Notes under the pieces: generated by a model
The model's input: only the letters and a program-made list of their open reading frames with translations
Told to the model about the DNA's origin: nothing
Database searches by the model: none
Shown: positions 20,273-33,241 of the stretch, one piece after another
Layout of the letters: each line of letters starts with the position of its first letter
Position numbering within the stretch: position 1 is the stretch's first letter
From: an uncultured delta proteobacterium
Lineage (GTDB): Bacteria; Desulfobacterota; Desulfobacteria; Desulfobacterales; Desulfatirhabdiaceae
Length of the DNA: 64,000 bases
Assembly (NCBI GenBank): GCA_963789395.1
Contig: CAWBKP010000002.1
Location: 1-64,000 of the forward strand
Reading direction: 5' to 3'
Made by a program: the position numbers and the translations under genes

Positions 20273-20803
20273 GTGTCCCTGAAATGGTATATTGTCCACG
20301 TTTATTCTGGATTTGAAAATAAAGTCAAGCAGGCATTGGATGAACGCATCGCGACGTCTCCGCACCCGGAGAAATTCGGTGAAGTGCTTGTGCCGACTGA
20401 ACAAGTCGTGGAACTGGTCAAAGGGAAGCGCAAGGAATCCTCCCGCAAATTTTATCCCGGTTATATTCTTCTCAGGGTGGATTTGGACGATGAGACCTGG
20501 CATATTGTGAATGATACGGCTAAGGTAACGGGTTTCTTAGGCGGAAAAGAAAAGCCAACGCCGCTTTCAGATGAAGAAGCTGCCCAGATCTTGAACCGTA
20601 TGGAGGTCGGGAAACAGAAACCCAAACCCAAATTCTATTTTGAACCCGGCGATGAAATTCGCGTCGTGGACGGGCCTTTTTCAAATTTTAATGGAACGGT
20701 TGATGAAGTTAATCCGGAAAAAGGGAAAATCAGGGTTCTGGTAAGTATTTTTGGAAGAGCCACGCCGGTTGAATTGGAATTTGTCCAAGTCATCAAGTTA
20801 TAA
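20273..20803 (+). CDS. nusG: Transcription factor NusG
   Basis: [33 protein letters not shown]. Confidence 0.98.
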   Translation: MSLKWYIVHVYSGFENKVKQALDERIATSPHPEKFGEVLVPTEQVVELVKGKRKESSRKFYPGYILLRVDLDDETWHIVNDTAKVTGFLGGKEKPTPLSDEEAAQILNRMEVGKQKPKPKFYFEPGDEIRVVDGPFSNFNGTVDEVNPEKGKIRVLVSIFGRATPVELEFVQVIKL

Positions 20804-20824
20804 AATCAGGAGTATTGAAATACA

Positions 20825-21247
20825 ATGGCCAAAAAGGTGATTGCACAGATCAAGTTGCAGGTTACAGCAGGAAAAGCCAATCCTTCACCCCCTATCGGTC
20901 CGGCATTGGGCCAGCACGGGGTCAATATTATGGAATTTTGTAAGGCGTTCAACGCCAGGACCGCCAATGATGAAGGCATGATTATACCGGCTGTCATCAC
21001 GGTTTACCAGGACAGGAGTTTTACGTTTATCACAAAGACGCCGCCTGCATCCGTTCTGCTGAAGAAAGCAGCCAAAATTGCCAAAGGCGCCGGTGATCCC
21101 AAACGTGAGAAGGTCGCTAAACTGACAATGGATCAGATTACAGAAATCGCCAAGCTGAAAATGGTTGATTTAAACGCGAATGATCTGGATGCAGCATGTA
21201 AAATTATCATGGGTACAGCCAGAAGTATGGGGATTGAAGTAGGCTAA
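20825..21247 (+). CDS. rplK: 50S ribosomal protein L11
   Basis: [18 protein letters not shown]. Confidence 0.99.
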   Translation: MAKKVIAQIKLQVTAGKANPSPPIGPALGQHGVNIMEFCKAFNARTANDEGMIIPAVITVYQDRSFTFITKTPPASVLLKKAAKIAKGAGDPKREKVAKLTMDQITEIAKLKMVDLNANDLDAACKIIMGTARSMGIEVG

Positions 21248-21270
21248 AGTAAAAAGGAGTAAAAGGGATT

Positions 21271-21975
21271 ATGCCGAAGCGGGGGAAAAAATACTTAGAA
21301 TCACAGAAGAAAATTGACATGACGAAACGGCATGCCTTGGCCGAAGCAGTCCAGGTGGCTCTTGAATCGACTTTTGTCAAATTTGATGAAACGGTTGATG
21401 TGGCCGTTCGTCTGGGCGTTGATCCCAGACATGCAGATCAAATGGTTCGAGGAACTGTCGTTCTGCCCAATGGGCTGGGCAAGGAAGTGAAGATTCTTGT
21501 TTTTGCCAAAGGCGAAAAGGAAAAAGAAGCACTTGAGGCAGGAGCCGATTTTGCCGGCAATGACGAGTTGATCGAAAAAATCAAAGAAGGCTGGACAGGA
21601 TTCGATAAGGCCGTGGCCACTCCGGACATGATGGGAACGGTTGGTAAAATCGGAAAAATCCTGGGCCCCAGAGGGTTGATGCCCAATGCAAAAACCGGAA
21701 CCGTGACATTTGATGTAGCCAGAGCCGTCAATGAACTCAAGGCTGGAAAAATTGATTTTCGGGTTGAGAAGGCCGGCATCGTGCATGTTCCCGTTGGGAA
21801 AGTATCCTTCGGGGTTGAAAAACTTGTCCAGAATGTCACAGCCTTTCTTGAAACCATTATCCGCATAAAGCCTTCCACAAGTAAAGGCACATATCTGAAG
21901 GGATTGGCCATTTCAACGACCATGGGACCGGGCGTCAAGGTGGATACCGCATCCTTGAAAGATGTGATCCGTTAG
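21271..21975 (+). CDS. rplA: 50S ribosomal protein L1
   Basis: [23 protein letters not shown]. Confidence 0.99.
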   Translation: MPKRGKKYLESQKKIDMTKRHALAEAVQVALESTFVKFDETVDVAVRLGVDPRHADQMVRGTVVLPNGLGKEVKILVFAKGEKEKEALEAGADFAGNDELIEKIKEGWTGFDKAVATPDMMGTVGKIGKILGPRGLMPNAKTGTVTFDVARAVNELKAGKIDFRVEKAGIVHVPVGKVSFGVEKLVQNVTAFLETIIRIKPSTSKGTYLKGLAISTTMGPGVKVDTASLKDVIR

Positions 21976-22128
21976 TACGCCTGCTGTAAACGGATTTTCT
22001 CGGAAATCATAACGCGGGTCAGAGAAAATAATATTGATTGGCAAGGGGATGGTTCGGCCCGGTACTCCGGACAAGTTCATCCCAAACTCACGCTGGGTTT
22101 ATACTAAATCCTGCGTATGTCATTATCC

Positions 22129-22192
22129 TGTCAAAGACCGTAGGTGCACACGTTTGGTGTTTAATCGGCATTGCTGGCCTACCGAGATGGGT
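22129..22192 (+). promoter_or_regulatory. L10 leader (autoregulatory RNA element) candidate
   Basis: AAGACCGTAGGTGC...TTAA...CCTACCGAG pattern upstream of rplJ, with GTAGG/CCTAC pairing. Confidence 0.7.
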
Positions 22193-22310
22193 TTAACGAA
22201 TTGAAAGTAGAGGATAGATGATTCTGTCTTTTCAATCCATTATACCAAAACCTCAAATCGTAATTGCCTCCGGGATGATAACAGCTGAAGAAAGGAGGTG
22301 TAATTAATCT

Positions 22311-22842
22311 GTGAAATTAGAGAAAAAAAAACAGATCGTAGAGGATCTTGAGGAAAAATTTGCAAGATCCAAAATCGTCATCCTGACGAATTTTAACGGA
22401 CTTGACGTGGCGACGATGAGCGTCTTTGCGAAGACAGCTCAGGGAAGCCAAGGTTGAATATCGAGTCGTTAAAAATTCGTTGCTTGCGCGTGCATCGGAA
22501 AATAACTCGGTTGCATTGATCAAAGATAAGTTAAAAGAAGCCAGTGCGGTCGCTTACAGTTTTGATGACCCCGTGGCGCCGGCTAAAGTCTTGAGTGCGT
22601 TTGCTAAGGACAATGAAAAGTTCAAGATAAAAGCAGGCGTTCTGCAGGGCAAAGTGCTGAATGCAGACGCTATTATTGCTTTATCGAAACTGCCTTCCCG
22701 CGAAGCATTGCTGGGGCAGTTGCTATCCGTCATGGTGGGTGTTCCGACCGCGATGGTGCGTGCATTGAATAATATTCCACAAAAACTACTGTTTGTATTG
22801 ACCGCCTTAAAAGATCAAAAAGAACAGGCAATTACAGAATAA
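22311..22842 (+). CDS. rplJ: 50S ribosomal protein L10 (apparent +1 insertion near 22422)
   Basis: GTG start after AGGAGGT; MKLEKKKQIV...GLDVATMS joins SLRRQLRE...VVKNSL when one base is removed. Confidence 0.95.
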
Positions 22843-22881
22843 GTTTTGTGATTTAAAAGTGTAAACTGGAGGTAACGAAAG

Positions 22882-23262
22882 ATGGCTGATATTACAAAAG
22901 CAGATGTTGTTGAATTTATAGCAAATATGACAGTTCTGGAACTTTCTGAACTGGTTAAGGAAATGGAAGAAAAATTTGGTGTCTCCGCAGCCGCCCCTGT
23001 TGCGATGGTTGCGGCCGCCAGTGCCGATGTGGCCGCTCCGGCCGCGGAACAAACCGAATTTACTGCGATACTTACCGGCTTTGGTGATAAAAAGATTCAG
23101 GTCATTAAAGAAGTCCGGGCTGTAACCGGTCTGGGGCTGAAAGAGGCCAAGGATCTGGTTGACGGGGTGCCAAAACCCATCAAAGAAGGAATTCCCAAAG
23201 ATGAGGCTGAAAAAATTAAAGCCACTATCGAGGAAGCAGGCGGCCAGGTTGAAATAAAATAG
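22882..23262 (+). CDS. rplL: 50S ribosomal protein L7/L12
   Basis: [27 protein letters not shown]. Confidence 0.99.
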   Translation: MADITKADVVEFIANMTVLELSELVKEMEEKFGVSAAAPVAMVAAASADVAAPAAEQTEFTAILTGFGDKKIQVIKEVRAVTGLGLKEAKDLVDGVPKPIKEGIPKDEAEKIKATIEEAGGQVEIK

Positions 23263-23288
23263 CATCAGGCAAGTTTTCAGAGATTATA

Positions 23289-23340
23289 AACGGAGATGGG
23301 ATGTAAGGACTCTGGCCTTAAATCCCATTTCCGCTTTTTC
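23289..23340 (+). terminator. Hairpin terminator/attenuator between rplL and rpoB
   Basis: CGGAGATGGGAT...ATCCCATTTCCG stem followed by a T-run. Confidence 0.6.
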
Positions 23341-23363
23341 GAAACCTTTAATTTGGAGCTGCC

Positions 23364-26300
23364 ATGACGGAACGGCCTTTGGCATCGAAGCGCATCAGAA
23401 AAAACTTTGGCAAGATTAGTAAAATCGTTGAAATTCCCGATCTTATTGGCATGCAGCGGGAGTCTTTCAGGCGGTTTTTGCAGATGGATGTCCCGGCGGA
23501 CAAACGCAAAGATATCGGGTTGCAGACAGTTTTTAATTCCGTGTTTCCAATTAAGGATTTTACGGGGAGCGCGTCTCTTGAGTTTGTTGATTATCGTTTT
23601 GCAGAAGTCAAACACGGTGTTGAAGAATGTATTCACCGGGGAATGAGTTATGAAATCCCTGTGAGAATTACAGCCCGCCTGGTTGTTTACGATACGGATA
23701 AAGATACCGGTTCATCCAATATCCGGGATATCAAGGAACAGGAAATTTATTTCGGAACCATTCCTTTGATGACGGAAAAAGGGACTTTTATCATCAATGG
23801 CACCGAGCGTGTTGTCGTCAGCCAGCTGCATCGGTCCTCCGGTGTATTTTTCGACCATGACAAAGGAAAAACCCATACCAGCGGCAAGGTGATCTACACT
23901 TCCCGGATTATTCCGGTTCGCGGTTCCTGGATCGATATGGAAATCGACCCCAAGGATATCGTATATATCCGGATTGACCGTCGCAGAAAATTTCCGGTTA
24001 CATTGCTTTTCAAGGCTTTTGGCTATACGCCTGAAGACCTGCTGTCATATTTTTACGAATCTGAAAAAATCTTAGTAAAGTCCAACCACTATTTTAAAGC
24101 GTTTAATGAAGAATTTTTAAAAGGACATCGGGCAAGTCAGGACGTGGTGGATCCCAATACCGGAGAAGTCGTAGTCAAAAAGGGAAGGGTATTTACCCAG
24201 CGGATACTCAAGCGGATGAAAGCCGATAAGCTGGACGCCATTCCGATTACGCTTGAAGAGCTTACCGACAAAATCATCGCCTCTTCCATTCTGCATCCGG
24301 TTACCCGCGAGATTATTGCAAAGTCCAATGAAATCGTCAGTGAGGAATTGCTGAACCGATTGAATGCAGCGGGCATTACAGAGTTTGAAATCCTGTTTAT
24401 CGATGGAACCACCATCGGGGATTCCATTCGAAAGACGCTGATGCTGGACAAGGTCCAGTCAAAAAAAGAAGCCCTTCTTGAAATCTATCGCCGGTTGAGA
24501 CCGGGCAATCCCGCAACGCCCGAGGTCGCCCAGGATTTTGTGGATCATCTTTTTTTCAAATCCGCATTTTACGATCTTTCGGGTGTGGGCAGACTAAAAA
24601 TCAACCAGAGTCTGGGAATTGACAGCAATATCGATCTGCGGATTCTGCGTAAAGAAGATATTCTCTTAACCGCCAAAACCCTGATTAGACTGCGGGATAC
24701 CCAAGGGGTGGTGGATGATATCGACCATCTTGGCAACCGTCGGGTGCGGGCGGTTGGCGAACTGCTGGAGAACCAGTACCGAATCGGACTTGTCCGGATG
24801 GAGCGTGCCATCAAGGAGAGAATGAGTCTTCAGGAAGTTGACGCCTTGATGCCGCACGATCTGGTGAATCCCAAACCTGTGTCGGCCGTGGTCAAGGAAT
24901 TTTTTGGAACCAGTCAGCTCAGTCAGTTCATGGATCAAACAAATCCACTTTCCGAGACTACGCATAAGCGCCGGCTCAGTGCTCTGGGGCCGGGGGGGCT
25001 TACCCGGGAACGCGCCGGATTCGAGGTTCGCGATGTACATCCTTCTCATTACGGCCGTATCTGTCCGATTGAAACGCCAGAGGGGCCCAATATCGGTCTG
25101 ATTGTCTCGTTGAGCACATACGCCCAGGTGAATGAATATGGATTCATCGAAACCCCGTACCGGGTGGTGTCAAATTCTGCTGTCACCAGTGACGTGCGGT
25201 TTCTGAGCGCCTTTGATGAGAAGTCACATGCCATTGCGCAGGCGAATGCGGCTGTTGACGAAAATGGGAGTTTTACTGAAACTGAAATCAACTCGCGGGT
25301 TGCCGGCGAATTTACAATGGAAAAGCGCGAAAATATCGAGCTGATGGATGTCTCCCCCAACCAGCTGGTCAGCGTATCCGCATCGTTGATTCCGTTTCTG
25401 GAAAACGATGATGCCAACCGTGCGCTGATGGGTTCCAATATGCAGCGGCAGGCTGTTCCGCTTCTGGTCAGCAACGCGCCGCTGGTGGGGACCGGCATTG
25501 AAGGGGTAGTGGCCAAGGATTCCGGTGTTGCCGTTGTTGCAAAGCGGGATGGCATTGTCGAGGATGTGGAGGCGGATCGCATCGTTGTCCGGCACGATAT
25601 GTCGGATAAGGGTGCCGACCAGGAGAATTTCAGGCCGGTTACTATCTACAATTTGTCCAAATTTATCCGGTCCAATCAGAACACCTGTTTCAATCATCGG
25701 CCAATTGTCAGAAAAGGCCAGATGGTGAAGGCCGGAGAAGTGATTGCCGATGGACCCGCAACCGACATGGGAGAACTTGCACTCGGCAAGAACGTGACCG
25801 TGGCATTTATGCCCTGGGGCGGATACAATTTTGAAGACTCCATTCTTGTCGGTGAACGGCTGGTACGGGAAGGCGTCTATACGTCCATTCACATTGAAGA
25901 GTTTGAAGTGGTTTCCAGGGACACCAAGCTGGGTAAAGAGGAAATTACGCGCGACATTCCCAATGTCGGGGAAGAAGCGCTGAGAAATCTGGATGAAAGC
26001 GGGATCATCATGCTGGGGGCGGAGGTGGTTCCCGGCGATATTCTTGTCGGCAAGATCACGCCCAAAGGCGAAACGCAGCTTTCTCCCGAGGAAAAACTGC
26101 TGCGGGCCATATTCGGGGAAAAGGCCGGCGATGTCAAGGATACATCCCTTCGGGTGCCGCCGGGGATTCAGGGGATTGTGATTGATGCCAAAATCTTTTC
26201 CAGAAGAGGCGTGGATAAAGACGACCGGACCCGAAATATTGAAGACAGTGAAATCGCTTATCTTGAAAGAGACATGAAAGACGAGCTTCTGGTGATCAAG

Positions 26301-27482
26301 GAAGTGATTCAGTCCAGGGTGTTCAGCCTGTTAAAGGGGCAGACTTGCAGCGCGCCGTTAAAAAAAGGCAAAAAAGTACTGATTGCCAAGGGAGTGCTGA
26401 TAAACGACGAGGTGATTGCCGATCTTTCCGTGGATCAACTTGAAGGAATTGTGCTGAACAGCCCGGAAATCTCAGAGCAGATTCATCAGCTTCTTGAACA
26501 ATACCGCGAGCAATGTGCGCAGTGCCGGAATAATTTTGAAAGACAGGCCACGCGATTTGAAAAAGGCGATGATCTGGCTCCCGGTGTCATTAAAATGGTG
26601 AAAGTTTACGTGGCCATGAAGCGAAAGCTCTCAGTCGGGGATAAAATGGCCGGCCGCCATGGGAACAAAGGCGTTGTTTCACGCATTCTGCCCCAGGAAG
26701 ATCTTCCCTATTTTGCCGATGGAACGCCGGTGGATATGGTGCTGAATCCGCTGGGCGTGCCGTCTCGAATGAATGTGGGGCAGGTTCTTGAGATTCACCT
26801 GGGTTTTGCCGCCAAAGGCCTGGGCGAACAGATCAACCGCCTGGTCGAGCAAAAGAAGTTAAGTGATCTTCGGGAAAAATTCGGTAAAATCTTTTCATCC
26901 CCAATGAAAGAGGATTCCGACATCCGTAAGCAAATTGGCAAGATGTCCGATAATGATTTGATCGGTTTTGCCGCGCAGTTCAAGCAGGGGGTCCCCATGG
27001 CGACGCCTGTTTTTGACGGGGCCAAGGAAAAGGAAATAAAGGATCTACTGGAGGAGGCCGGACTGGATCGGTCTGCGCAAAGCACGTTGTATGACGGGCG
27101 GACCGGCGAGCCTTTTAAGGAAAAGATCACGGTTGGAACCATGTACATGCTCAAACTCCATCACCTGGTTGATGATAAAATCCATGCAAGATCCATTGGC
27201 CCGTATTCACTGGTCACCCAGCAGCCCCTGGGAGGCAAAGCCCAGTTCGGCGGTCAGCGTCTGGGTGAAATGGAAGTGTGGGCAATGGAGGCTTATGGGG
27301 CGTCTCATGCGCTTCAGGAATTTTTGACGGTGAAATCCGATGATATGGCAGGAAGAACCCGGATGTATGAAAAGATCGTGAAAGGTCAGAATTCGCTTGA
27401 ACCCGGTATTCCAGAATCATTCAAAGTCCTGACCAATGAATTGATGAGCCTGGGATTGGATGTTTCATTGCTCGAAGATTGA
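23364..27482 (+). CDS. rpoB: RNA polymerase beta subunit
   Basis: [32 protein letters not shown]; 1372 aa. Confidence 0.99.
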   Translation: MTERPLASKRIRKNFGKISKIVEIPDLIGMQRESFRRFLQMDVPADKRKDIGLQTVFNSVFPIKDFTGSASLEFVDYRFAEVKHGVEECIHRGMSYEIPVRITARLVVYDTDKDTGSSNIRDIKEQEIYFGTIPLMTEKGTFIINGTERVVVSQLHRSSGVFFDHDKGKTHTSGKVIYTSRIIPVRGSWIDMEIDPKDIVYIRIDRRRKFPVTLLFKAFGYTPEDLLSYFYESEKILVKSNHYFKAFNEEFLKGHRASQDVVDPNTGEVVVKKGRVFTQRILKRMKADKLDAIPITLEELTDKIIASSILHPVTREIIAKSNEIVSEELLNRLNAAGITEFEILFIDGTTIGDSIRKTLMLDKVQSKKEALLEIYRRLRPGNPATPEVAQDFVDHLFFKSAFYDLSGVGRLKINQSLGIDSNIDLRILRKEDILLTAKTLIRLRDTQGVVDDIDHLGNRRVRAVGELLENQYRIGLVRMERAIKERMSLQEVDALMPHDLVNPKPVSAVVKEFFGTSQLSQFMDQTNPLSETTHKRRLSALGPGGLTRERAGFEVRDVHPSHYGRICPIETPEGPNIGLIVSLSTYAQVNEYGFIETPYRVVSNSAVTSDVRFLSAFDEKSHAIAQANAAVDENGSFTETEINSRVAGEFTMEKRENIELMDVSPNQLVSVSASLIPFLENDDANRALMGSNMQRQAVPLLVSNAPLVGTGIEGVVAKDSGVAVVAKRDGIVEDVEADRIVVRHDMSDKGADQENFRPVTIYNLSKFIRSNQNTCFNHRPIVRKGQMVKAGEVIADGPATDMGELALGKNVTVAFMPWGGYNFEDSILVGERLVREGVYTSIHIEEFEVVSRDTKLGKEEITRDIPNVGEEALRNLDESGIIMLGAEVVPGDILVGKITPKGETQLSPEEKLLRAIFGEKAGDVKDTSLRVPPGIQGIVIDAKIFSRRGVDKDDRTRNIEDSEIAYLERDMKDELLVIKEVIQSRVFSLLKGQTCSAPLKKGKKVLIAKGVLINDEVIADLSVDQLEGIVLNSPEISEQIHQLLEQYREQCAQCRNNFERQATRFEKGDDLAPGVIKMVKVYVAMKRKLSVGDKMAGRHGNKGVVSRILPQEDLPYFADGTPVDMVLNPLGVPSRMNVGQVLEIHLGFAAKGLGEQINRLVEQKKLSDLREKFGKIFSSPMKEDSDIRKQIGKMSDNDLIGFAAQFKQGVPMATPVFDGAKEKEIKDLLEEAGLDRSAQSTLYDGRTGEPFKEKITVGTMYMLKLHHLVDDKIHARSIGPYSLVTQQPLGGKAQFGGQRLGEMEVWAMEAYGASHALQEFLTVKSDDMAGRTRMYEKIVKGQNSLEPGIPESFKVLTNELMSLGLDVSLLED

Positions 27483-27622
27483 TGGCTGCCTGAAAGTCCG
27501 ACTGGTGTGGTATTGCTGTCCCTTATCGCCTTATCATCCATAGCCGGGTGTTTTCTGATGCGATGGGGTCATCCAGATGCGGACTTGATACGGTTCCGAC
27601 ACGCATAATAAGGAGAGAATTT

Positions 27623-30600
27623 TTGGAAACGCTATACGATTTTTTCGCCAAACCCATGGATCCCAAACGGTATACAGGTGTACGCATTGCCCTGGCATCT
27701 CCGGAGCAGATCCTCAAATGGTCCCATGGTGAGATAAAAAAGCCGGAAACCATAAATTATCGTACGTTTAAACCCGAGCGGGATGGGTTGTTCTGCGCAA
27801 AAATATTCGGTCCGACAAAAGACTATGAATGTAATTGCGGCAAATACAAACGGATGAAACATCGGGGCGTCATCTGCGAAAAATGCGGTGTGGAGGTGAT
27901 ACAGTCCAAGGTTCGCCGCGAACGCATGGCGCATATTGAACTGGCCTGTCCGGTGGCGCATATCTGGTTTCTGAAAAGTCTTCCCAGCAAAATCGGTAAT
28001 CTGCTGGATCTGACGCTCAAGAATCTTGAAAAAGTCCTGTATTTCGATAGTTATATTGTCATAGATCCGAAAGAAACAACATTGGTGCGCGGCCAGCTGC
28101 TATCGGACGATAAATACCGTGATGCCCTGGAAGCTTTTGGCCCCAAATTCGACGTCGGTATCGGCGCCGAAGCCATTAAAATGCTGCTCGATGATCTTGA
28201 TCTTCAGGCGATTTACCAGCAGCTTCGGGTCGAAATCCGGACAAGCAACTCATCCGCAAAGCGTCAAAAAATGGCCAAGCGCCTGAAAATCGTGGATGCT
28301 TTCAGGCGATCCGGCATCGATCCCACCTGGATGATCATGGATGTCATTCCGGTATTGCCCCCGGATCTGCGGCCATTGGTTCCACTTGAAGGCGGCCGGT
28401 TCGCCACATCCGATCTCAACGATCTGTACCGGCGGGTCATCAACCGGAACAACCGGTTGAAACGCCTGATCGAACTGCGCGCACCGGATATCATTATTCG
28501 AAATGAAAAGCGCATGCTGCAGGAGGCCGTGGATGTGCTGTTTGACAATGGCCGGCATGGAAGGGTCATCACCGGGACCAACAAACGTCCGCTGAAATCC
28601 CTGAGTGACACACTGAAGGGAAAGCAAGGCCGGTTCCGTCAGAATCTGCTGGGCAAACGCGTGGATTATTCCGGCAGAACGGTCATTACCGTGGGGCCGA
28701 ATCTGCGGCTTCATCAGTGCGGTCTGCCCAAAAAGATGGCCCTGGAGCTGTTTAAGCCCTTTGTCTATTACCGCCTTGAACAAAAAGGTCTGGTACAAAC
28801 GGTAAAAAGCGCCAAGAAACTGGTCGAAAGCGAAGATCCCCAGGTGTGGGATACCCTGGATGAAGTGGTGCGTGAATATCCGGTCATGCTAAACCGGGCG
28901 CCCACACTCCACCGTCTCGGGATTCAAGCTTTTGAGCCGATTTTGATCGAGGGCAAAGCGATCCAGCTGCATCCGCTCGTGTGTACGGCATTCAATGCCG
29001 ACTTTGACGGCGACCAGATGGCGGTGCACATCCCGCTTTCTGTCGAGTCTCAGATTGAAGCCCGCATCCTCATGCTGTCCAGTAACAACATCCTGTCTCC
29101 GGCTAACGGGAGCCCGATTATCGTTCCCAGCCAGGACATTGTTCTGGGGATTTATTATATGACCCGTGAGGTGGCAGGCGCCAGAGGCGAAGGCATGCTG
29201 TTTGCCAGTCCCGAAGAAGTCCGCTCGGCTTATGACGCCGGGGTTGCAGCCCTTCATGCGGGGATAACGGTTCGTATTCATGGAAAACGTGTGAAGTCAA
29301 CCGTGGGCAGAATGCTGCTGTGGGAAATCATGCCCAAGGATACGGTAATGGTGCTTCGCCGCATCATGACGGCAACCCTTGAAGAAGCCCTGACGGTAAA
29401 GGAAGAGCTTGCCGGCGGCGCATCGTTTGCGGCATTGGTTCAAAAATATTCCCAGCATCCGGACAAAGCGAACAAGGGACTGATCGGCCGGCTCAGAAGC
29501 GAGGAGTTTGAACGGGTATTTCCGGCAACCGAAGCAGAGGTGGACGCCCTGTTTTTGCTGGAACCCGGCTCTGCCAGCGAGATTATGCATTTTGACGACG
29601 CCTTCCATGTTTTTGAAGTCGTTGACCGCATGCCGGAGATCCCCTTTGATGTAATTAACAACGTGATGGATAAAAAGACCCTTCGCGATCTGGTGGACTA
29701 TGCCTACCGGAACCTGGGGCCCAAGTCAACCGTCATTCTGGCGGACCGGATTAAAGACATCGGTTACCGGTATTCGACAGAGGCCGGCCTTTCCATTTCC
29801 ATCGATGCCATGATTATTCCGGAAGCAAAAGCAAAAATATTAAAACTTGCCGAAGAACGGGTCAAAGAAATCGAAAAACAGTACACGGAAGGGTTGATTA
29901 CGCCGGGTGAAAAATACAACAAGGTCGTTGATATCTGGGCAAAGGCAACCGATGATGTGGCAAACGAAATGATGGAAGCCATGAAAATGGAAAAAGTCGA
30001 TAAAGACGGCAAATCCGTTTTCCAGGAAAGCATGAATCCCATTTACATGATGGCTGATTCGGGAGCCAGGGGCAGCAAGGACCAGATGCGACAGCTGGCG
30101 GGCATGCGCGGACTGATGGCCAAGCCTTCCGGTGAAATCATTGAAACACCGATTACGGCAAATTTTCGTGAAGGGCTGTCGGTGCTCCAGTACTTCATCT
30201 CGACGCACGGTGCGCGAAAAGGTCTTGCAGACACAGCCCTGAAAACCGCCAACTCCGGCTATCTGACCCGGCGACTGGCAGATGTTGCCCAGGATTGCGT
30301 CGTCAGCGAAGATGACTGCGGGACGCTGATGGGGGTCGATGTCGAGCCCTTGACTGAAGGCGGCGAAGTGATTCAGCGCCTGGGAGACCGTATTCTGGGC
30401 CGCGTGGCCTGTGAGGAGATCCTGGACCCGTATACCGATGAAGTCCTGATAACGACAGGGACAGAACTGGATGAAGTCGCGGTCAAGATCATTGAAGATG
30501 CCGGTCTAAAAAAAGTTCGGATTCGCAGCGTTCTGACCTGTAAATCCGATCATGGTGTTTGCGCCAAGTGTTACGGTCGCGATCTTGCCCATGGCCGCAC

Positions 30601-32035
30601 GGTTGAAATCGGACAAGCTGTCGGGATTCTGGCGGCCCAGTCCATCGGTGAGCCGGGAACCCAGCTGACGATGCGAACATTTCACATCGGTGGAACTGCC
30701 AGCCGGCGCGTGGAACAGGCGGATATCCGCGCGCGGGTTGAAGGTACGGTTAAATTTCAGGACCTGGTTGTTGAAACCAATTCTGAAGGCCATGAAATTG
30801 TCATGAACCGCAAAGGCGGGGAACTTGCCATCATCGGAGAAACCGGGCGAAAGCTGGAACAGTTTTCCGTGATTTTCGGCGCGCACGTTCACGTAAAAAA
30901 TGATCAGAAGGTCAGCGTTAAAGATCTGCTGGCGACCTGGGATCCCTTTACGACCCCGATTATTTCGGAAGTCAATGGCACGGTTAAATTCGGTGATATT
31001 ACACTGAACAAAACCATGCAGGAGAAAGTGGATCCGGTAACGCTGAAATCAAGCCGGACAATCGTTGAGTCCAAAAATATCGACGAGCGGCCAAGGATAT
31101 CGATCAAGGACGCTGACGGAAAGACCGCAAAGCTGACAAGGTCCAGCGGATGGGCCCGGTATATGCTGCCCGTGGACGCTATCTTATTGGTGGAAGAAGG
31201 AGACGAAGTCAAGGCGGGTGATGTCGTAGCCAAGCTGCCCCGGGCCACCACCAAGACAAAAGACATTACCGGAGGCCTTCCGCGGGTTGCCGAACTGTTT
31301 GAAGTCAGGAAACCAAAGGACATTGCTGTTCTGAGTGAAATCGACGGTTATGTTGCGATTGCAAAGAGCAGTAAGAAGGGCAAACAGAAAGTGACCATTA
31401 CGCCGGTCGATGTCGGCGAGAAAAAAGAATACCTGATTCCCCGCGGAAAACACATCAATGTGATTGAAGGGGATTATATCCGGGCCGGGGAGCCGCTGAT
31501 CGGCGGATCCAAAATCCCTCAGGATATTTTGAATATCAAGGGTGAAATTGAACTGGCGCGTTATCTGGTGAATGAAGTCCAGGAGGTCTACCGGCTTCAG
31601 GGCGTGCGTATCAACGATAAGCATATCGAGGTCATCGTTCGGCAGATGATGCGCAGGGTGAAGATTACACGGGTCGGAGACACCGATTTTATTCAGGATG
31701 AGCAGATCGACAAACTCCGGTTCCAGGAATCCAACGCGGCAGTCGTTGATAAAATCTTCGAAGAAGCGGACAGTACCGGAAAAATTGTTGCCAGACACGG
31801 GGTTCCGGCAAAGGCGGAACCGCTGATCCTGGGCATCACCAAAGCATCGCTGAGCACTGAAAGCTTTATCTCAGCAGCTTCTTTTCAGGAAACCACAAAG
31901 GTTCTAACGGATGCCAGCATCGCCGGTGCGGTGGATGGTCTTCGCGGACTGAAAGAAAATGTAATCATGGGAAGAACGATTCCTGCGGGAACCGGATTTC
32001 CGGCGTATCGCGATATCCGAATCGATGCATCCTGA
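27623..32035 (+). CDS. rpoC: RNA polymerase beta' subunit with a 100-aa parvulin-like insertion
   Basis: NADFDGD active site and Zn fingers; TTG 27623 follows AAGGAG; insert at 29336-29635. Confidence 0.99.
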   Translation: METLYDFFAKPMDPKRYTGVRIALASPEQILKWSHGEIKKPETINYRTFKPERDGLFCAKIFGPTKDYECNCGKYKRMKHRGVICEKCGVEVIQSKVRRERMAHIELACPVAHIWFLKSLPSKIGNLLDLTLKNLEKVLYFDSYIVIDPKETTLVRGQLLSDDKYRDALEAFGPKFDVGIGAEAIKMLLDDLDLQAIYQQLRVEIRTSNSSAKRQKMAKRLKIVDAFRRSGIDPTWMIMDVIPVLPPDLRPLVPLEGGRFATSDLNDLYRRVINRNNRLKRLIELRAPDIIIRNEKRMLQEAVDVLFDNGRHGRVITGTNKRPLKSLSDTLKGKQGRFRQNLLGKRVDYSGRTVITVGPNLRLHQCGLPKKMALELFKPFVYYRLEQKGLVQTVKSAKKLVESEDPQVWDTLDEVVREYPVMLNRAPTLHRLGIQAFEPILIEGKAIQLHPLVCTAFNADFDGDQMAVHIPLSVESQIEARILMLSSNNILSPANGSPIIVPSQDIVLGIYYMTREVAGARGEGMLFASPEEVRSAYDAGVAALHAGITVRIHGKRVKSTVGRMLLWEIMPKDTVMVLRRIMTATLEEALTVKEELAGGASFAALVQKYSQHPDKANKGLIGRLRSEEFERVFPATEAEVDALFLLEPGSASEIMHFDDAFHVFEVVDRMPEIPFDVINNVMDKKTLRDLVDYAYRNLGPKSTVILADRIKDIGYRYSTEAGLSISIDAMIIPEAKAKILKLAEERVKEIEKQYTEGLITPGEKYNKVVDIWAKATDDVANEMMEAMKMEKVDKDGKSVFQESMNPIYMMADSGARGSKDQMRQLAGMRGLMAKPSGEIIETPITANFREGLSVLQYFISTHGARKGLADTALKTANSGYLTRRLADVAQDCVVSEDDCGTLMGVDVEPLTEGGEVIQRLGDRILGRVACEEILDPYTDEVLITTGTELDEVAVKIIEDAGLKKVRIRSVLTCKSDHGVCAKCYGRDLAHGRTVEIGQAVGILAAQSIGEPGTQLTMRTFHIGGTASRRVEQADIRARVEGTVKFQDLVVETNSEGHEIVMNRKGGELAIIGETGRKLEQFSVIFGAHVHVKNDQKVSVKDLLATWDPFTTPIISEVNGTVKFGDITLNKTMQEKVDPVTLKSSRTIVESKNIDERPRISIKDADGKTAKLTRSSGWARYMLPVDAILLVEEGDEVKAGDVVAKLPRATTKTKDITGGLPRVAELFEVRKPKDIAVLSEIDGYVAIAKSSKKGKQKVTITPVDVGEKKEYLIPRGKHINVIEGDYIRAGEPLIGGSKIPQDILNIKGEIELARYLVNEVQEVYRLQGVRINDKHIEVIVRQMMRRVKITRVGDTDFIQDEQIDKLRFQESNAAVVDKIFEEADSTGKIVARHGVPAKAEPLILGITKASLSTESFISAASFQETTKVLTDASIAGAVDGLRGLKENVIMGRTIPAGTGFPAYRDIRIDAS

Positions 32036-32056
32036 TGCAGTAAAGACACAAAAGAC

Positions 32057-32085
32057 TTGACAAATTGCGTGGATCTATATAAAAG
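32057..32085 (+). promoter_or_regulatory. sigma70-type promoter candidate for the str operon
   Basis: TTGACA-N17-TAAAAG upstream of rpsL. Confidence 0.55.
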
Positions 32086-32147
32086 AACTAATTTTACTTT
32101 ATGCAAGTTCTAATTTTGTTCCAATAGAAGCGATCGAAGGGGAAAAA

Positions 32148-32519
32148 ATGCCTACAATCAACCAGTTGGTAAGAAAGGGAAGAGATCGGGTCAAGAAGAA
32201 GACCACGACCCCCGCACTGAAAGGAGCACCTCAGAAAAGAGGGGTTTGTACCCGAGTATACACGTCTACGCCAAAAAAACCGAACTCAGCGCTCAGAAAA
32301 GTCGCCAGGGTAAGGCTGACAACCGGTATTGAAATCACGGCGTATATTCCGGGTATCGGACATAACCTTCAGGAGCACTCGGTTGTCCTGGTTCGCGGCG
32401 GCCGCGTGAAAGATCTACCCGGCGTGCGGTATCATATTGTCCGAGGAACTCTGGATACGTTAGGCGTGGATGACCGGAAACAGGGCCGCTCAAAATACGG
32501 CGCCAAGAAACCCAAATAA
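32148..32519 (+). CDS. rpsL: 30S ribosomal protein S12
   Basis: [20 protein letters not shown]. Confidence 0.99.
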   Translation: MPTINQLVRKGRDRVKKKTTTPALKGAPQKRGVCTRVYTSTPKKPNSALRKVARVRLTTGIEITAYIPGIGHNLQEHSVVLVRGGRVKDLPGVRYHIVRGTLDTLGVDDRKQGRSKYGAKKPK

Positions 32520-32577
32520 ATCAAGATGTCGATCGCTTACGGGTTAACAAGTAACTTTATATAAAATGGTGTAGGAT

Positions 32578-33048
32578 ATGCCCAGACGAAGAGAAATCGC
32601 TGAAAGAACCATCATTGCGGATGCTAAATACGACAGCAAGCTGGTGGCCAAATTTATCAAATCAATCATGCGGGATGGGAAGAAAAGTATCGCAGAATCC
32701 ATTCTCTACAATGCGTTCGGTATCATCGAAAAAAAGACAAACGACGCACCGCTGAAAACATTCGAGCAGGCCGTTGACAATGTCAGGCCCGTCATCGAGG
32801 TGAAGTCCAGACGCGTGGGCGGATCAACCTACCAGGTGCCTACGGAGATCCGGCAGTCACGGCGGACAGCCTTGGGAATTCGGTGGCTCATCAACTTTGC
32901 AAGGAAACGATCCGAGAAAAGCATGGCGGAAAAACTGGCGGGGGAAATTCTGGATGCCGCGAATAACCGGGGGTCTTCTGCCAAGAAAAAAGAAGATACC
33001 CATAAAATGGCTGAAGCCAATAAGGCGTTTGCGCATTACCGGTGGTAG
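32578..33048 (+). CDS. rpsG: 30S ribosomal protein S7
   Basis: [23 protein letters not shown]. Confidence 0.99.
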   Translation: MPRRREIAERTIIADAKYDSKLVAKFIKSIMRDGKKSIAESILYNAFGIIEKKTNDAPLKTFEQAVDNVRPVIEVKSRRVGGSTYQVPTEIRQSRRTALGIRWLINFARKRSEKSMAEKLAGEILDAANNRGSSAKKKEDTHKMAEANKAFAHYRW

Positions 33049-33241
33049 TCGGCGGTTGCCGGAATCCGATTTCGGCGCAGGGTTTCAGTTCGGCCGGATA
33101 AAAGCAGGATGCTACTTACATCTCGATAATAAATGAAAACACTACAGGGATATGAACCTTACCAACCCTGTTCAAATGCGACAACATAATTCACGCTGGC
33201 AGCTTGAAAGAAATTGACCGTAAAAAAAGGAGGACAGTGAA

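Noticed and set aside
22311..22842. Programmed frameshift or pseudogene in rplJ
   Set aside because: No slippery sequence at the shift site, and it has the same +1 signature as many other genes; likely a sequence error.
27548..27622. N-terminal extension of RpoC given by the ORF track
   Set aside because: The RBS AAGGAG precedes TTG 27623; the upstream residues do not resemble beta'.
29336..29635. RpoC insert as an intein
   Set aside because: No N-terminal Cys/Ser, no C-terminal His-Asn followed by Cys/Ser/Thr, and it is too short; the pattern fits parvulin instead.
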